Source: Okamejei kenojei (lineage: Eukaryota). From it: a stretch of DNA of 64,000 bases. This document shows positions 26,766-39,986 of the stretch, one piece after another. The position numbers and the translations under genes were made by a program. Position 1 is the stretch's first letter. Every line of letters begins with the position of its first letter. The DNA lies in contig CM069133.1 of NCBI GenBank assembly GCA_035221665.1, positions 7,378,001 to 7,442,000 on the forward strand, written 5' to 3'. The notes beneath the pieces were generated by a model that did not search any database, was not told where the DNA came from, and was given only the letters and a program-made list of their open reading frames with translations.

Positions 26766-26956
26766 TTTAATAATAATAATAATAAATACTTTATTGACCC
26801 CCTCAGGGAAATTCAGAAATATTTTCCTGAGGAATATTTTCTATATTTCTACCTTTCTATGTTTCAAAACAAAAAAACTGAGATTGAACGGCCCACTTAT
26901 CTGTTACCTTTTGTCTGCTGGTGTTATAGCAAATTCATTTTAATTCACTGACATAT

Positions 26957-27424
26957 CATAGAAACATAGAAACATAGAAAATAGGTGCAGGAGTAGGCCA
27001 TTTGGCCCTTCGAGCCTGCACCGCCATTCAGTATGATCATGGCTGATCATCCAACTCAGTATCTTGTCCCTGCCTTCTCTCCATATCCCCTGATCACTTT
27101 AGCCACAAGGGCCACATCTAACTCCCTCTTAAATATACCTAATGAACTGGCCTCAACTACCTTCTGTGGTAGAGAATTCCACAGATTCACCACTCTCTCT
27201 GTGAAAAATGTTTTTCTCATCTCGGTCCTAAATGTCTTTCCCCTTATCCTTAAACTGTGACCCCTTGTTCTGGACCTCCCCAACATCGGGACCAATCTTC
27301 CTGCATCTAGCGTGTCCAACCCCTTAAGAATTTTGTAAGTTTCTATAAGATCCCCCCTCAAACTTCTAAATTCTAGTGAGTACAAGCCGAGTCTATCCAA
27401 TCTTTCTTCATATGAACAAGTGTT
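26957..27424 (-). mobile_element. CR1 3' fragment, arm-specific
   Basis: (CATAGAAA)n tail, ORF2 C-terminus, CATAT duplicated at 26952-26956 and 27425-27429; uninterrupted site near 9627. Confidence 0.9.
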
Positions 27425-27851
27425 CATATCGAGCAAATGTCTTCTACAAGTCTACTAGTGTCCATTAAATCGAAGTGAGGAAAACTAAATTAACTTTATT
27501 AACGCCTCATACTTCCCTCTAATTGTTTGTTTTTATGTGGCTCTGCACAGATGGTCCTTATTATCATAAGAGTGCGCATGGAATAAATGATAAAATGACT
27601 AATAGCATAAGGAAGGAATGCATTAAGATTCTGCCGAACAAGATTAACTATATTTTCTGTGGTAATATTGTGAACGATGGGCAAGAGCTCACCATGTAAC
27701 TGAAAGGAAACACCTGTGTCAACCGTGCTGCTAAACTAATCAGGCGCTTTCGGTCTGATGCTCAAAGACTGAAAACTCTGATGGTGAATTACAATTAACA
27801 AAAATAAAAAAAACTACCTCGCTATCTATATCTAGCAAACTTCCAGCTACC

Positions 27852-30475
27852 TGGGTGGAACTGAGAAGTGGGAACGGTGTAGCAACACTTTTAGGGGTGT
27901 ACTATAGACCGCCAAATGGGAAGAGAGAATTGGAAGAGCAAATATGTAAGGAGATAGCAGATATTAGTAGTAAGCACAAGGTAGTGATTGTGGGAGATTT
28001 CAATTTCCCAAAAATAGACTGGGAAACACATTCTGTAAATGGGCTGGATGGTTTGGAGTTTGTAAAATGTGTGCAGGATAGTTTTTTGCAGCAGTACATA
28101 GAGGTACCGACCAGAGAAGGGGCAGTGCTGGACCTCCTGTTAGGAAATGAGGCAGGACAGGTGACGGAGGTATGCGTTGGTGAGCACTTCGGGACCAGTG
28201 ATCACAATACCATTAGTTTCAATATAATTATGGAGCGAGTCAGAACAGGACCTAGAGTGGAGATTTTTGATTGGAGAAAGGCTAATTTTGAGGGAATGCG
28301 TGAGGATTTTAAAGGAGTGAATTGGGACACTTTGTTTCATGGGAAGGATGTAGAAGAGAAATGGAGGACATTTAAAAGGGAAATTGTAAGAGTACAGAAT
28401 CTTTATGTCCCTGTTAGGTTGAAAGGAAATAGTAAAAATTGGAAAGAACCATGGTTTTCAAGGGAAATTAGACACTTGTTTCGAAAAAAGAGAGATATCT
28501 ACAATAAATATAGGAGGCATGGAGTAAATGAGGTGCTAGAGGAGTATAAAGAATGTAAAACGAATCTTAAGAAAGAAATTAGGAAGGCTAAAAGAAGATA
28601 TGAGGTTGCTTTGGCAAGAAAGGTGAAAGTAAATCCAAAGGGTTTCTACAGCTATATTAATAGCAAAAGGATAACGAGGGATAAAATTGGACCATTAGAG
28701 AACCAGAATGGACAGCTATCTGCAGAGCCAAAAGAGATGGGGGAGATATTGAACAATTTCTTTTCTTCGGTATTCACCAAGGAGAAGGATATTGAACTCT
28801 GTGAGGTAAGGGAAAAAAGTAGAGTAGCTATGGAAACTATGAGATTCAAAGAGGAGGAAGTACTGACACTTTTGAAAAATATAAAGGTGGATAAGTCTCC
28901 AGGTCCTGACAGGATATTCCCTAGGACATTGAGGGAAGTTAGTGTAGAAATAGCAGGAGCTATGACAGAAATATTTCAAATGTCATTAGAAACGGGAATA
29001 GTGCCGGAGGATTGGCGTACTGCGCATGTTGTTCCATTGTTTAAAAAGGGTTCAAAGAATAAACCTAGCAATTATAGACCTATTAGTTTGACGTCAGTGG
29101 TGGGCAAATTATCGGAAAGGATACTTAGAGATAATATATATAAGCATCTGGATAAACAGGGTCTGATCAGGAACAGTCAACATGGATTTGTGCCTGGAAG
29201 GTCATGTTTGACAAACCTTCTTGAATGTTTTGAAGCGGTAACTAGGGAAATTGATGAGGGTAAAGCAGTGGATGTTGTCTATATGGATTTCAGTAAGGCC
29301 TTTGACAAGGTTCCCCATGGAAGGTTGGTTCAGAAGGTTCAATCTTTGGGTGTTTAATGGCGTAGTAGCAAGATGGATTCAACAGTGGCTGAATGGGAGA
29401 TGTCAGAGAGTAATGATGAATGGCTGTTTGTCAGGTTGGAAGCCGGTGACCAGTGGGGTGCCTCAGGTATCTGTGTTGGGTCCACTGTTGTTTGTCATGT
29501 ACTTCAATGATCTGGATGATGGGGTGGAAAATTGGATAAGTAAGTATGCAGATGATACTAAGATAGGTGGTATTGTGGATAATGAAGTAGATTCTCAAAG
29601 TCTACAGAGAGATTTGGGCCATATGGAAAAGTGGGCTGAAAGATTGCAGATGGAGTTTAATGCTGATAAGTGTGAAGTGCTACATCTTGGCAGGACAAAT
29701 CAAAATAGGACGTACATGGTAAATGGTAGGGAATTGAGGAATGCTGTGGAACAGAGGGATCTAGGAATAACTGTGCATAGTTCCCTGAAGGTGGAATCGC
29801 ATGTAGATAGGGTGGTAAAGAAAGCCTTTGGTGTGCTGGCCTTTATAAATCAGAGCATTGAATATAGGAGTAGGGAAGTAATGTTAAAATTGTACAAGGC
29901 ATTGGTAAGACCAATTCTGGAGTATGGTGTACAATTTTGGTCGCCTAGTTATAGGAAGGATGTCAACAAAATAGAGAGAGTACAGAGGAGATTTACTAGA
30001 ATGTTCCCAGGGTTCCAGCAACTATGTTACAGAGAAAGGTTGAACAAGTTAGGTCTTTATTCTTTGGAGCGCAGAAGGTTAAGGGGGGACTTGATTGAGG
30101 TCTTTAAAATGATGAAAGGGATAGACAGAGTTGACGTGGATAAGCTTTTCCCATTGAGGGTAGGGAAGATTCAAACAAGAGGGCATAACATGAGAATTAA
30201 GGGACAGAAGTTTAGGGGTAACGTGAGGGGGAACTTCTTTACTCAGAGGGTGGTGGCTGTGTGGAATGAGCTTCCAGCAGAGGTGGTGGAGGCAGGATCG
30301 ATTTTAACATTTAAAAGTAAAGTGGATAGGTATATGGACGTGAAGGGAATGGAGGGGTATGGTCTGAGTGCAGGTAGATGGGACTAGGGGAAAACAAATG
30401 GTCGGCACAGACTGGAAGGGCCGAGAGGGCCTGTCTCTGTGCTGTAATTGTTATATGGTTATATGGTTATATGGT
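27852..30475 (+). mobile_element. 5'-truncated CR1 of a second subfamily; ORF2 broken by a single frameshift
   Basis: ORFs 27855-29357 (500 aa) and 29251-30387 (378 aa, KYADDT); (ATATGGTT)n tail; TACC duplicated at 27848-27851 and 30476-30479; empty site at 3865-3868. Confidence 0.95.
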
Positions 30476-31209
30476 TACCAATCTTATTGGTTTCATGCTG
30501 CACCATTTCGATTAAATTGTTAAGAGTATCAATTCTGATCATGTATATCCCGGGTTCTGTGTTTGATTGTGATTAGCTATCACGCGTACAGTGGGCATCA
30601 ATGTCTCTTGGATTCTGTATGGAATCTGTTTAGAGATTATCTGACACACAGTTATAAGTTAGTTCATATAGTGGGTATGATTGCTAGTCACACACCACAC
30701 AGATAGTGACCCGAGTAAAAATGAGTAAAATACCGAATGGATGCTCATTATCTTCCAGCTTAGCGAAGGCCAGAGGTGTCCACATTGTATCCCTTTGCAC
30801 ACTGAAGCAGAACATATGAAGTGAACTCTTCTGCGTGAAGGTCACTGGGTGATATAATGTAGGCGTGTGTGAAAATGTACTTTAGCCAGAGCACACAGAC
30901 ATTTAACAAATCGACCAATGCTGCGATCCATGTGTACTCCCGCGTATTTCCTGCACCAGTCATCTCTTTCTGACTCTTGAGTGCGGTAGAAATACTCCTT
31001 TGGCGCATGCACTGCCATGCGCTTATGTTAAACCTATCAACCTCTATGATTTAAATTGTCAATTAATTGTACATTTCGCTTTGTTTTAGTAAATTAATGC
31101 ACCGCAATACAACGATTCAATGATACTTTATTCCCACATGCAGCTAGGTACAGTGAAATTCTTTATTTGTGCATACAATCTAGTAAAACCACACAGCAGA
31201 CCTCACCTA

Positions 31210-32836
31210 CAGTGGCTTGCAAAAGTATTCATACCCCTTGAACTTTTCCACATTTTGTCACGTTAAAACCACAAACGTAAATGTATTTTATTGGGATTTT
31301 ATGTGATAGACCAACACAAAGTGGCGCATAATTGTGAAGTGGAAGGAAAATGATACATTGTTTTCAAATTTCTTTACAAATAAAAAACTGAAAAGTGTGG
31401 CGTGCAAATGTATTCAGCCCCCTTTACTCTGATACCCCTAAATAAAATCCAGTGCAACCAATTGCCTTCAGAAATCACCTAATTAGTAAATAGAGTCCAC
31501 TTGTGTGTAATCTAATCTCAGTATAAATACAGCTGTTCTGTGAAGGCCTCAGAGGTTTGTTAGAGAACATTAGTGAACAAACAAAGTTCCTTGGGCATCA
31601 TGGAGCCCAAGGAACGCACCAGACAGGTCAGGGATAAAGTTGTGGAGAAGTTTAAAGCTGGGTTAGGTTATAAAAAAATATCCCAAGCTTTGAACATCTC
31701 ATGGAGCACTGTTCAATCCATCATCCGAAAATGGAAAGAGTATGGCACAACTGCAAACCTACCAAGACATGGCCGTCTACCTAAACTGACAGGCCGGGCA
31801 AGGAGAGCATTGATCAGAGAAGCAGCCAAGAGGCCCATGGTAACTCTGGGGAAGCTGCAGAGATCTACAGCTCGGGTGGGAGAATCTGTCCACCGGCCAA
31901 CTATTCGTCCTGCACTCCACAAATCGAGCCTTTAAGGAAGATTGGCAAGAAGAAAGCCATTGTTGAAACAAAGCCATAAGAAGTCTCGTTTGCAGTTTGC
32001 CACAAGCCATGTGGGGGACACAGCAAACATGTGGAGGAAGGTGCTCTGGTCTGATGAGACCAAAATTGAAGTTTTTGACCTAAATGCAAAAGGCTATGTG
32101 TGGCAGAAGACTAACACTGCACATCACCCTGAACACACCATCCCCACTGTGAAACATGGTGGTGGCAGCATCATGCTGTGGGGATGCTTTTCTTCAGCAG
32201 GGACAGGGAAGCTGGTCAGAGTTCTTGGGAAGATGGATGGAGCCAAATACTGGGCAATCTTGGAAGAAAACCTGTTAGAGTCTGCAAAAGACTTGAGACT
32301 GGGGCGGAGGTTAACTTTCCAGCAGGACAATGACCCTAAACATACAGCCAGAGCTACAATGGAATGGTTTAGATCAAAGCATATTCATGTGTTAGAATGG
32401 CCCAGTCAAAGTCCAGACCTAAATCCAATTGAGAATCTCTGGCAAGACTTGAAAATTGCTGTTCACAGACGCTCTCCATCCAATCTGACTGAGCTTGAGC
32501 TATTTTGCAAAGATCAATGGGCAAAAATGTCAGTCTCTAGATGTGCAAAGCTGGTAGAGACATACCCCAAAAGACTTGCAGCTGTAATTGCAGCGAAAGG
32601 TGGTTCTACAAAGTATTGACTCAGGGGGCTGAATACTTTTGCACGCCACACTTTTCAGTTTTTTATTTGTAATAACATTTGGAAACCATGTGTAATTTTC
32701 CTTCCACTTCACAATTATGCACGACTTTCTGTTGGTATATCACATAAAATCCCAATAAAATACATTTACGTTTGTGGTTGTAACGTGACAAAATTTGGAA
32801 AAGTTCAAGGGGTATGAATACTTTTGCAAGCCACTG
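31210..32836 (+). mobile_element. Full-length 1627-bp Tc1 element with ~210-bp TIRs and TA TSD
   Basis: TA|CAGTGGCTTGCAAAAGTATTCATACCCCTTGAAC...TTTTGCAAGCCACTG|TA; empty TA at 3088-3089 in the paralogous arm. Confidence 0.97.
31600..32619 (+). pseudogene. Tc1 DD34E transposase (339 codons) with one in-frame stop at 31933-31935
   Basis: ORFs 31573-31935 and 31942-32619 share a frame; WSDETK, QQDND and LNPIE with 34 residues between the second D and E. Confidence 0.93.
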
Positions 32837-33454
32837 TAAGTAATGCACAAAGAGTTGCCATGTTTCTGGCACCGAAAAATGTCGATTGAACGGACATCGA
32901 TGACAGTTCAGTCAAAATTCAATTTCTTTGCATCGATAGAACCCGTCCTTGATTTAACCATTTAATCGCAGCTAAGTATCATCGGTATATCCGCTGGAGT
33001 CACTTTGGTGGCAATGACACCACTGGTAAATAAATGGTTATCTCCATAAACATTGTTCGTTCAAATTCTACCAGAGCAGAGTAATGTACTGCTCATATAC
33101 TGATTAAAGCCCTCAACTGTTTTTCAAACAAATATTATAGGTAGGGTAACCCATGACAAAGCCCAGTGCTAACGTGGGTCTTGGACAAGCAGCAATCAAA
33201 GAGAAGCAGGGAGAAGAGCTTATTGGCTGAAACCCGTGGGAAATGTGAGTAAGTCACAGGGGAAAAACAGTTTAAAACTGAGGATTTTTTTTTTTGTAAA
33301 TTGGTAAATTAGGCAATTTATCAGCCAATATAAGCAAGCTGCTCTTGGAGAGCGGCAGTGAGGGAAGTGTGAGTTTTTGGCTTGATAGTCTTTGGAGAGG
33401 AGACTACGCAAAAAGCTGGAGAGGATGGGAAGCGGTGAAGACATGACGGGTAAG

Positions 33455-34014
33455 ATGAAACATAGAAAAACAGAAAATAGGCGCAGGAGGAGGCCATTTG
33501 GCCCTTCGAGCCAACACCGCCATTCATTGTGATCATGTCTGATTGTCCCGTATCAATAACCTGTGCCTGCCTTCTCCCCATATCTCTTGACTCCACTAGC
33601 CCCTCGAGCTCCATCTAACTATCTCTCAAGTCCATCCAGTGATTTGGCCTCCACTGGACTGGACAAGCTAGATGCAGGAAAAATGTTCCCAAAGTAGGGC
33701 GAGTCCAGAACCAGGGGCCACAGTTTTAGAATAAAGGGGAGGCCATTTAAGACTGAGGTGAGAAAAAACATTTTCACCCAGAGAGTTGTGAATTTGTGGA
33801 ATTCCCTGCCACAGTGGGCAGTGGAGGCCAAATGACTGGATGGATTTAAGAGAGAGTTAGATAGAGCTATAGGGGCTAGTGGAATCAAGGGATATGGGGA
33901 GAAGGCAGGCACGGGTTATTGATTCGGGACGATCAGCCATGATCACAATGAATGGCAGTGCTGGCTCGAAGGGCCAAATGGCCTCCTTCTGCACCTATTT
34001 TTTATGTTTCTATG
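33455..34014. mobile_element. Two CR1 3' fragments joined in opposite orientation (minus ~33455-33655, plus ~33656-34014)
   Basis: CR1 3'UTR and tail at both outer ends; orientation switches at GGCCTCCACT|GGACTGGACAAG. Confidence 0.85.
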
Positions 34015-34944
34015 CTACACCTGTGTCTCACTTAATTTATTAGCCTCAGAACTCGCCTTTAAAGCTTCAATTTTTAATGCATGGCATTTCATATTTATTC
34101 ATATTTATTCTGATTCCAATTGATTTCACCTTTCCCCTACATATTATGTGGCTGAAGTCCAACACTCCACCGTTAGCAAAGAGCGGGAATAACTGAACGG
34201 AAGCACCTGTGGATTATTTAGAGAAATGAATGTACTGATTCCAGCCCGATGCACAGATCTGCTGACTGCAAACTAACAACTCCAAGATCTGCCCAGCAAC
34301 ACGTGTCTCGTACCCTCAACTGGCGACGCTATTGGATAACCAATAGATCATTAGGATTCATAATTTAAATGTGCTCTTCTGATAGTTTGGACCCAAAGTC
34401 ACTTTGGACTGAAAGTGAGAAGTGCAATTGATTAAAAGATAGAATGGATGTTCATTACATCCATTCACAAATTTGCTAGATAGAGTTCTGAGCATTGTAG
34501 GGATCTAACAATATTTTGAATAATCGGGCACATGTCGATCAGCAATGATCAGGTTGAAGGCTGAACCGGTTTTAAGAGCCAAATGGCCTCCCCTGCTCCA
34601 ATCTTTAATGTTCTTGTCAAGTGGTGATCCATTACTATAAATATTATTCAGTGTGCAACACTGTTCATCATGAAATTGCGTTACAAATATTTCCCTGGAG
34701 CATGTCCCATGTGGAATAACATGGTAAAAATGACGTATCAGAGAGTTTAAATGTGAATAAATGGTGATAATTCACCCTGAGTTTAGGACTTGACGCTTCA
34801 TGTCTACAGAGAGTGTTACTGACATGGAGAAATGAAATAGAACAACGGAAATGCACGAGGACAATCTCTGTGACTGAACTCTGCTTTCAGGATCTCTCTG
34901 TCTCCATCACAAAAGGTAGAGTACGCACAGACGCCCATTAATAC

Positions 34945-37405
34945 GCGCTGACTCTCAGTTACTTTGACTGCATCCTTCCAATCTGCCTCTTGCAAGGACG
35001 CCATCCCTTACTCTCGATTTCTCCGTCTCAGCTATTTCCAAGAAACCGCTTTTCACCCAGCGACACGCGGAACATTCCTTTAATTTCAGTAGCCGTGGTT
35101 TACCCCGTGCAGTTGTGGATTTCACCTTCATCCATATCTTCCCTGTGTCTCGCAGTTCTACTCTTGATCGCCCTTCCTCAGACGGAACAAGGATAATGTT
35201 CCTCTGGACCTTGCTTTTCACCACACCGATCTGCACATTTAATATATCATTCTCTGACATTTCCAATATCTTCAAGGTGATCTCATCTGCAGCCGCATCC
35301 AGTCACTGGAAGTGCCATGAGAGCAGTCAGGGTTTACGTTGAGGAATTACTGAAACCGAGGGAGATGGTGGAAGGATGCTTCTCGGACTGGATGCCCGTG
35401 ACTAGTGGTGAGCCACAGGGTTCGGTGCTGGGCCCGTTACTGTTTGTCATCTACATCAATGATTTGGATGAGAACATACAGGGGAAGATTAACAAGTTTG
35501 CTGATGATACAACAGATAGTGAAGATGGTTGTAAACTATTGCAGCAGGATCTGGATCGATTGGCCAGGTGGGTGGAGGAATGGTTGATGGAGTTTAATAC
35601 AACAAAGTGTGAGGTGTTGCCTTTTGGGACGTCTAACAAGGGCAGGACAATACACAGTAAATTGTAGGCATCTGGGGAGTGTTGTAGAACAGAGGGATCT
35701 CGGAGTACAGGTGCATGGTTCCTTGAAGGTCGAGTCGCAGGTAGATAAGGTGGTCAAAAATGATTTTGTCACTTTGGACTTCATCAGTCAGAGTGTTGAG
35801 TATAGAAGTTGGGAGGTCATGTTGCAGTTGTATAAAACATTGGTGAGACCGCATTTAGAGTATCGTGTTCAGTTCTGGGCACCATGTTATAGTAAAGATA
35901 TTTTCAAGCTTGAAGGGGTTCAGAAAAGATTTACGAGGAACTTGCCAGGACTAGAGCGTGTGAGCTGGAGGGAGAGGTTAATAAGCTGGGTCTCTATTCC
36001 ATGGAGTGTAGGAGGATGAGGGGAGATCTTATAGTTATACAAAGTCATAAGAGTAGGGGAATCGAGAACCAGAGGACGTAGGTTCAAGGTAAAGGGGAAA
36101 AGATTTAATAGGAATCTGAGGGGTAACTTTTTCACACAAAGGGTGGTAGGTGTATGGAACAAGCTGACAGAGGAGGTAGTTGAGGCTGGGACTATCCCAT
36201 CGTTCAAGAAACAGTTGGACAGGTACATGGATAGGACAGGTTTGGAGGGTTATGGACTAAGCGCAGGCAAGTGGGACTAGTGTAGCTGGGACATTGTTGC
36301 TCGGTGTGGGAGAGTTGGGCTGAAGGGCATGTGTCCACACTGTATCACTCTATGTCTCTATGACTCTATCTTTCCGTTTCCGCCCCTTCCGCTTTCCGTA
36401 GAGACCACATTGCCCGCAGTTGCTTCATCTGCTCATCTCTCCCCACCGAAACCGCTCCATTCCCAAGCATTCTCCCTGCATCCGCACAAGATGTAACGCC
36501 AGGACCGACAGCTCCTGTTTCACTTCCACCAGCCACGCAGACAGTCATCCCAGGTCAGACTGAGATTCACATGCACCTCTGGAGATCACGTGTGCAGCAT
36601 CTGTTTCCCGTGATGTTCATTCGTGTACATTGGTGAGACTAAGCGTACATTAGGCGACCCTTTTGATGATCATTTTCGCTCTATCCGTAAAGGTTCACAG
36701 CCAGTTTAGCTTTGCTTCCCATTCCCACACCGAGCCTCTTCCATTGTCAACCTTTGCCACATGCAGCATCCCATGATCCGCTTAGATATCTTACAATGGA
36801 TCAGTATAAATACCGATTTCTCCAATTTCGAATCATAGTACCATGCACACGCTCTCTTTCTCATTCTTGTGCATATATTTTTCTCCCCATCACCGAGCTC
36901 TCAAGTCATTTAAATGTAAAAACTCTACCTCCGCTACATGAACGACTGCATCGGTGCCATCTCCTGCACTAATGCGGAACTCACTGACCATTAACGTCAC
37001 AACCAAATTCCCATCTTGCACTGAAATTCACTTGGACCATCTCCGACATCTCCATGCCATTTCCAGATCTGACCGTCGCCATCACAGGAGACAGGCTGTC
37101 GACTGACATCTATGACAAACTCACTGACTCTCATTGCTATCAGGACTATACTTCTTCACAGCCCGTTTCATAGAAACATAGAAAATAGGTACAGGAGGAA
37201 GCCATTTGGCCTTCAAGCCAGCACCGCCATTCATTGTGATCATGGCTGATCGTCCCCTATCAATAACCCATGCCTGCCTTCTCCCCATATCCCTTGACTC
37301 CACTAGCCCCTGTTAGGGTTTCCTGTAAAGAGTCTCCCCCTACTCCCAATTCCTCTGCCTACGCCGCATCTGCGCCCACGATGAAGTGTTCCATACCAGG
37401 TCAAT
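34945..37405 (+). mobile_element. Penelope-like element relics (RT and GIY-YIG), interrupted by CR1 fragments
   Basis: YIGETKRTLGDPFDDHFR at 36626 (GIY-YIG half-motif); LYLRYMNDCIGA near 36932 (RYxDD-like RT motif). Confidence 0.72.
35364..36365 (+). mobile_element. CR1 3' fragment
   Basis: [29 protein letters not shown]; (CTCTATGA/T)n-type tail. Confidence 0.9.
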
Positions 37406-37708
37406 AGGTATGGACAATAGACAATAGGATCATCCCCAATCAGTACCCCGTTTCTGCCTTCTCCCCATATCCTCTGACTCCATTATCTTTAAGAGGCCTA
37501 TCTAGCACTCTCTTGAAAGTATCCAGAGAACCGACCTCCACCGCCCTCTGAGGCAGAGAATTCCACAGACTCACAACTCTCTGTGAGAAAAGGTGTTTTT
37601 TCATCTCCGTTCTAAATGGCTTACCCCTTATTCTTAAACTGTGGCCACTGGTTCTGGACTCCCTCAAAATCGGGAACATTTTTCCTGCCTCTAGCGTGTC
37701 CAAACCCA

Positions 37709-38511
37709 GTGCTCTGAATAGCACTGAGCACATGTCTATTCAACTGTGAGTGCCCTTAATGTGGTTTGAAAATGAAAATATGGTTGGTTTGAAGTAAAAA
37801 GGCACAGCCTGCAAATGGTTGTTTGGGGGGTTTGGTTTGAAGTTAAAATGCACTACTACAAATGGTGGCTTGGATGCTTTGGGCTAAAATTAAAAAAGCT
37901 CTACTGCAAATGGTGGCTTGGGTGCTCTTTGGGAGGGAGATGTCATGACTCTGTCTGAGCTGTGAATAAACTGAACACACTGAATGTCTACTGAACTGTG
38001 AGTTTTGGTGTTTTGTGTGGTTTTATGGTGGTTTTATGGTGGTTTCACCCTGCTTGAAATGGTATGAAATTGCATTTGAATGTGGTGGCCTTGCACCATG
38101 CATGAAATGGTATAAAACTGCATTTGAATGTGGTGGCATTGCACCCTGCATGAAATGGTATGAAGCTGCATTTGAATTTGATGGCCTTGCACCCTGCTTG
38201 AAGTGGTATGAATCTGCACTTGAATTTGGTGGCCTTGCACCCTGCTTGAAATGGTAGGAAAATGAATTTGAATTTGGTGGCCTTGCACCCTGCTTGAAAT
38301 GGAATTTCAAGGAATAGCCATGAGTCAACTGCCAGCCCACCAGCTGTGAGTGAGCTGCCAGCACATCAGGCTTGAGGGACTGAGCTGCCACCCCAAGAAC
38401 ACATACCAGCACTCCAGAAAGCCCCCCCACTGTCCACCAATATTGGAATTGGTGGAGAGGTGGAATATTGCGTCAGGGGACCAGCCCTCCCGTGTGAACC
38501 TGGGACCCTAG
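37709..38511 (+). mobile_element. Helitron fragment with 47-bp and 48-bp minisatellites; 3' hairpin half deleted
   Basis: Ends TGGGACC-CTAG|T; subterminal region nearly identical to those ending at 39986 and 42406. Confidence 0.8.
38045..38302 (+). repeat. 48-bp minisatellite (~5 copies; second array ~39558-39806)
   Basis: Unit TGCACCCTGCTTGAAATGGTATGAAATTGCATTTGAATGTGGTGGCCT. Confidence 0.92.
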
Positions 38512-39055
38512 TAATCTTTTATGTTTCAATAAGATACCCTCTCATCCTTCCAAACTCCAGAGTATACAAGCCCAGCCGCTCCATTCTCTCAGCATATGCA
38601 GTCCCGCCTTCCCGGGTATTAACCTTGTCAACCAAAGCTGCACTCCCTCAATAGCAACAATGTCCTTCCTCAAATTAGGGACCAAAACTGCACACAATAC
38701 TCCAGGTGTGGTCTCACTATGGCCCTATACAACTGCAGAAGGAGTTATTTGCTCCTATACTCAACTCCTCTTCTTATAAAGGCCAACATGCCATTCGCTT
38801 TCTTCACTGCCTGCTATACCTGCATGCTTACTTTAATTGACTGATGAACAAGGACCCCCAGATCACATCGTATTTTGCCTTTTCCCAACGACACCATTTA
38901 GATAGAAATCTGCCTTCCTGTTTTTGCTACCCGAGATGTCCTCATTCTTCAGTGAATGCGGGATTCCCTCTTCCACTATAGATGAGACTCACTAGGGTCT
39001 CGTCGACATCCTGCAGCTCCTCACTTACTCTCCCTCCCCCCATTCGTAACAAGAT

Positions 39056-39986
39056 AAAAGGCACTGCTGCAAATGGTGGCTTGTGTGCTTTGGGCTGAAG
39101 TGAAAAGGCACTGCTGCAAATGGTGGCTTGTGTGCTTTGGGCTGAAGTGAAAAGGCACTGCTGCAAATGGTAGCTTGGGTGCTTTGGCTAACTTCTAGTT
39201 TTCACTCTATATTGATTTTAGATAAAATGCCACCACTTACGGCTGTGATTTTTGGCCATCTTACTCAGTCCCCCTGCGCTCTGCAGGTGCAGAGGATTCT
39301 TCCCATCAATGAAAAATAAAAGTGTTATTTGTGTTTAAAAAAATTTGAGAATCTCTCTCCTGTCATGAAGGCCATACCTTTTCCGGTGGGAGGGGAAAGG
39401 GTTATAAAACCTGGATGTGTGGGTGTGGCTCAGTCTCTGCATGATGGGGGAGGGAGATGTCATGACTCTGTCTGAGCTGTGAATAAACTGAACACATTGA
39501 ATGTCTACTGAACTGTGTTCGGTGTTTTGTGTGGTTTTATGGTGGTTTTATGGTGTTCACCCTGTTTGAAATGGTATGAAGCTGCATTTGAATTTGGTGG
39601 CCTTGCACCCTGCTTGAATGGTATGAAATTGCACTGAATTTGGTGGCCTTGCACCCTGCTTGAAGTGGTATGAAACTGCACAAATGTGGTGGCCTTGCAC
39701 CCTGCTTGAAGTGGTAGGAAACTGCACTTGAATTCGGTGGCCTTGCAGCCTGCATGAAGTGGTAGGAAACTGCACTTGAATTTGGTGGCCTTGCACCCTG
39801 CTTGAAGGGGGAAGGCAGCACATCAGGCTTGAGGGACTGAGCTGCCACCCCAAGAACCCATACCATCACTCCAAAAAGTCCCCCCACAGTCCACCAATAT
39901 TGGAATTGGTGGAGAGGTGGAATATAGCGCCGGGGGACCAGCCTTCCCGTGTGAACATGGGACCCAACGGGTCCCACTTAGTCTAG
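39056..39986 (+). mobile_element. Helitron fragment with intact 3' terminus
   Basis: Hairpin TGGGACCC-AAC-GGGTCCCA at 39958-39976, then CTAG at 39983-39986 followed by T. Confidence 0.88.

Larger units (their letters stand above)
17793..33655 (-). repeat. Right arm of the inverted segmental duplication, expanded by arm-specific L1, CR1 and Tc1 insertions
   Basis: Reverse complement of 2340-12640 once the insertions 18374-23149, 26957-27424, 27852-30475 and 31210-32836 are removed. Confidence 0.9.
37410..38935 (-). mobile_element. CR1 3' fragment split by a Helitron at 37709-38511
   Basis: CR1 sequence GTCCAAACCC...TAATCTTTTATGTTTCAATAAG resumes right after the Helitron CTAG. Confidence 0.82.

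Noticed and set aside
33455-34014. Fold-back CR1 pair as a hairpin RNA gene or TIR element
   Set aside because: Adequately explained by two CR1 3' fragments in opposite orientation at the edge of the duplication arm
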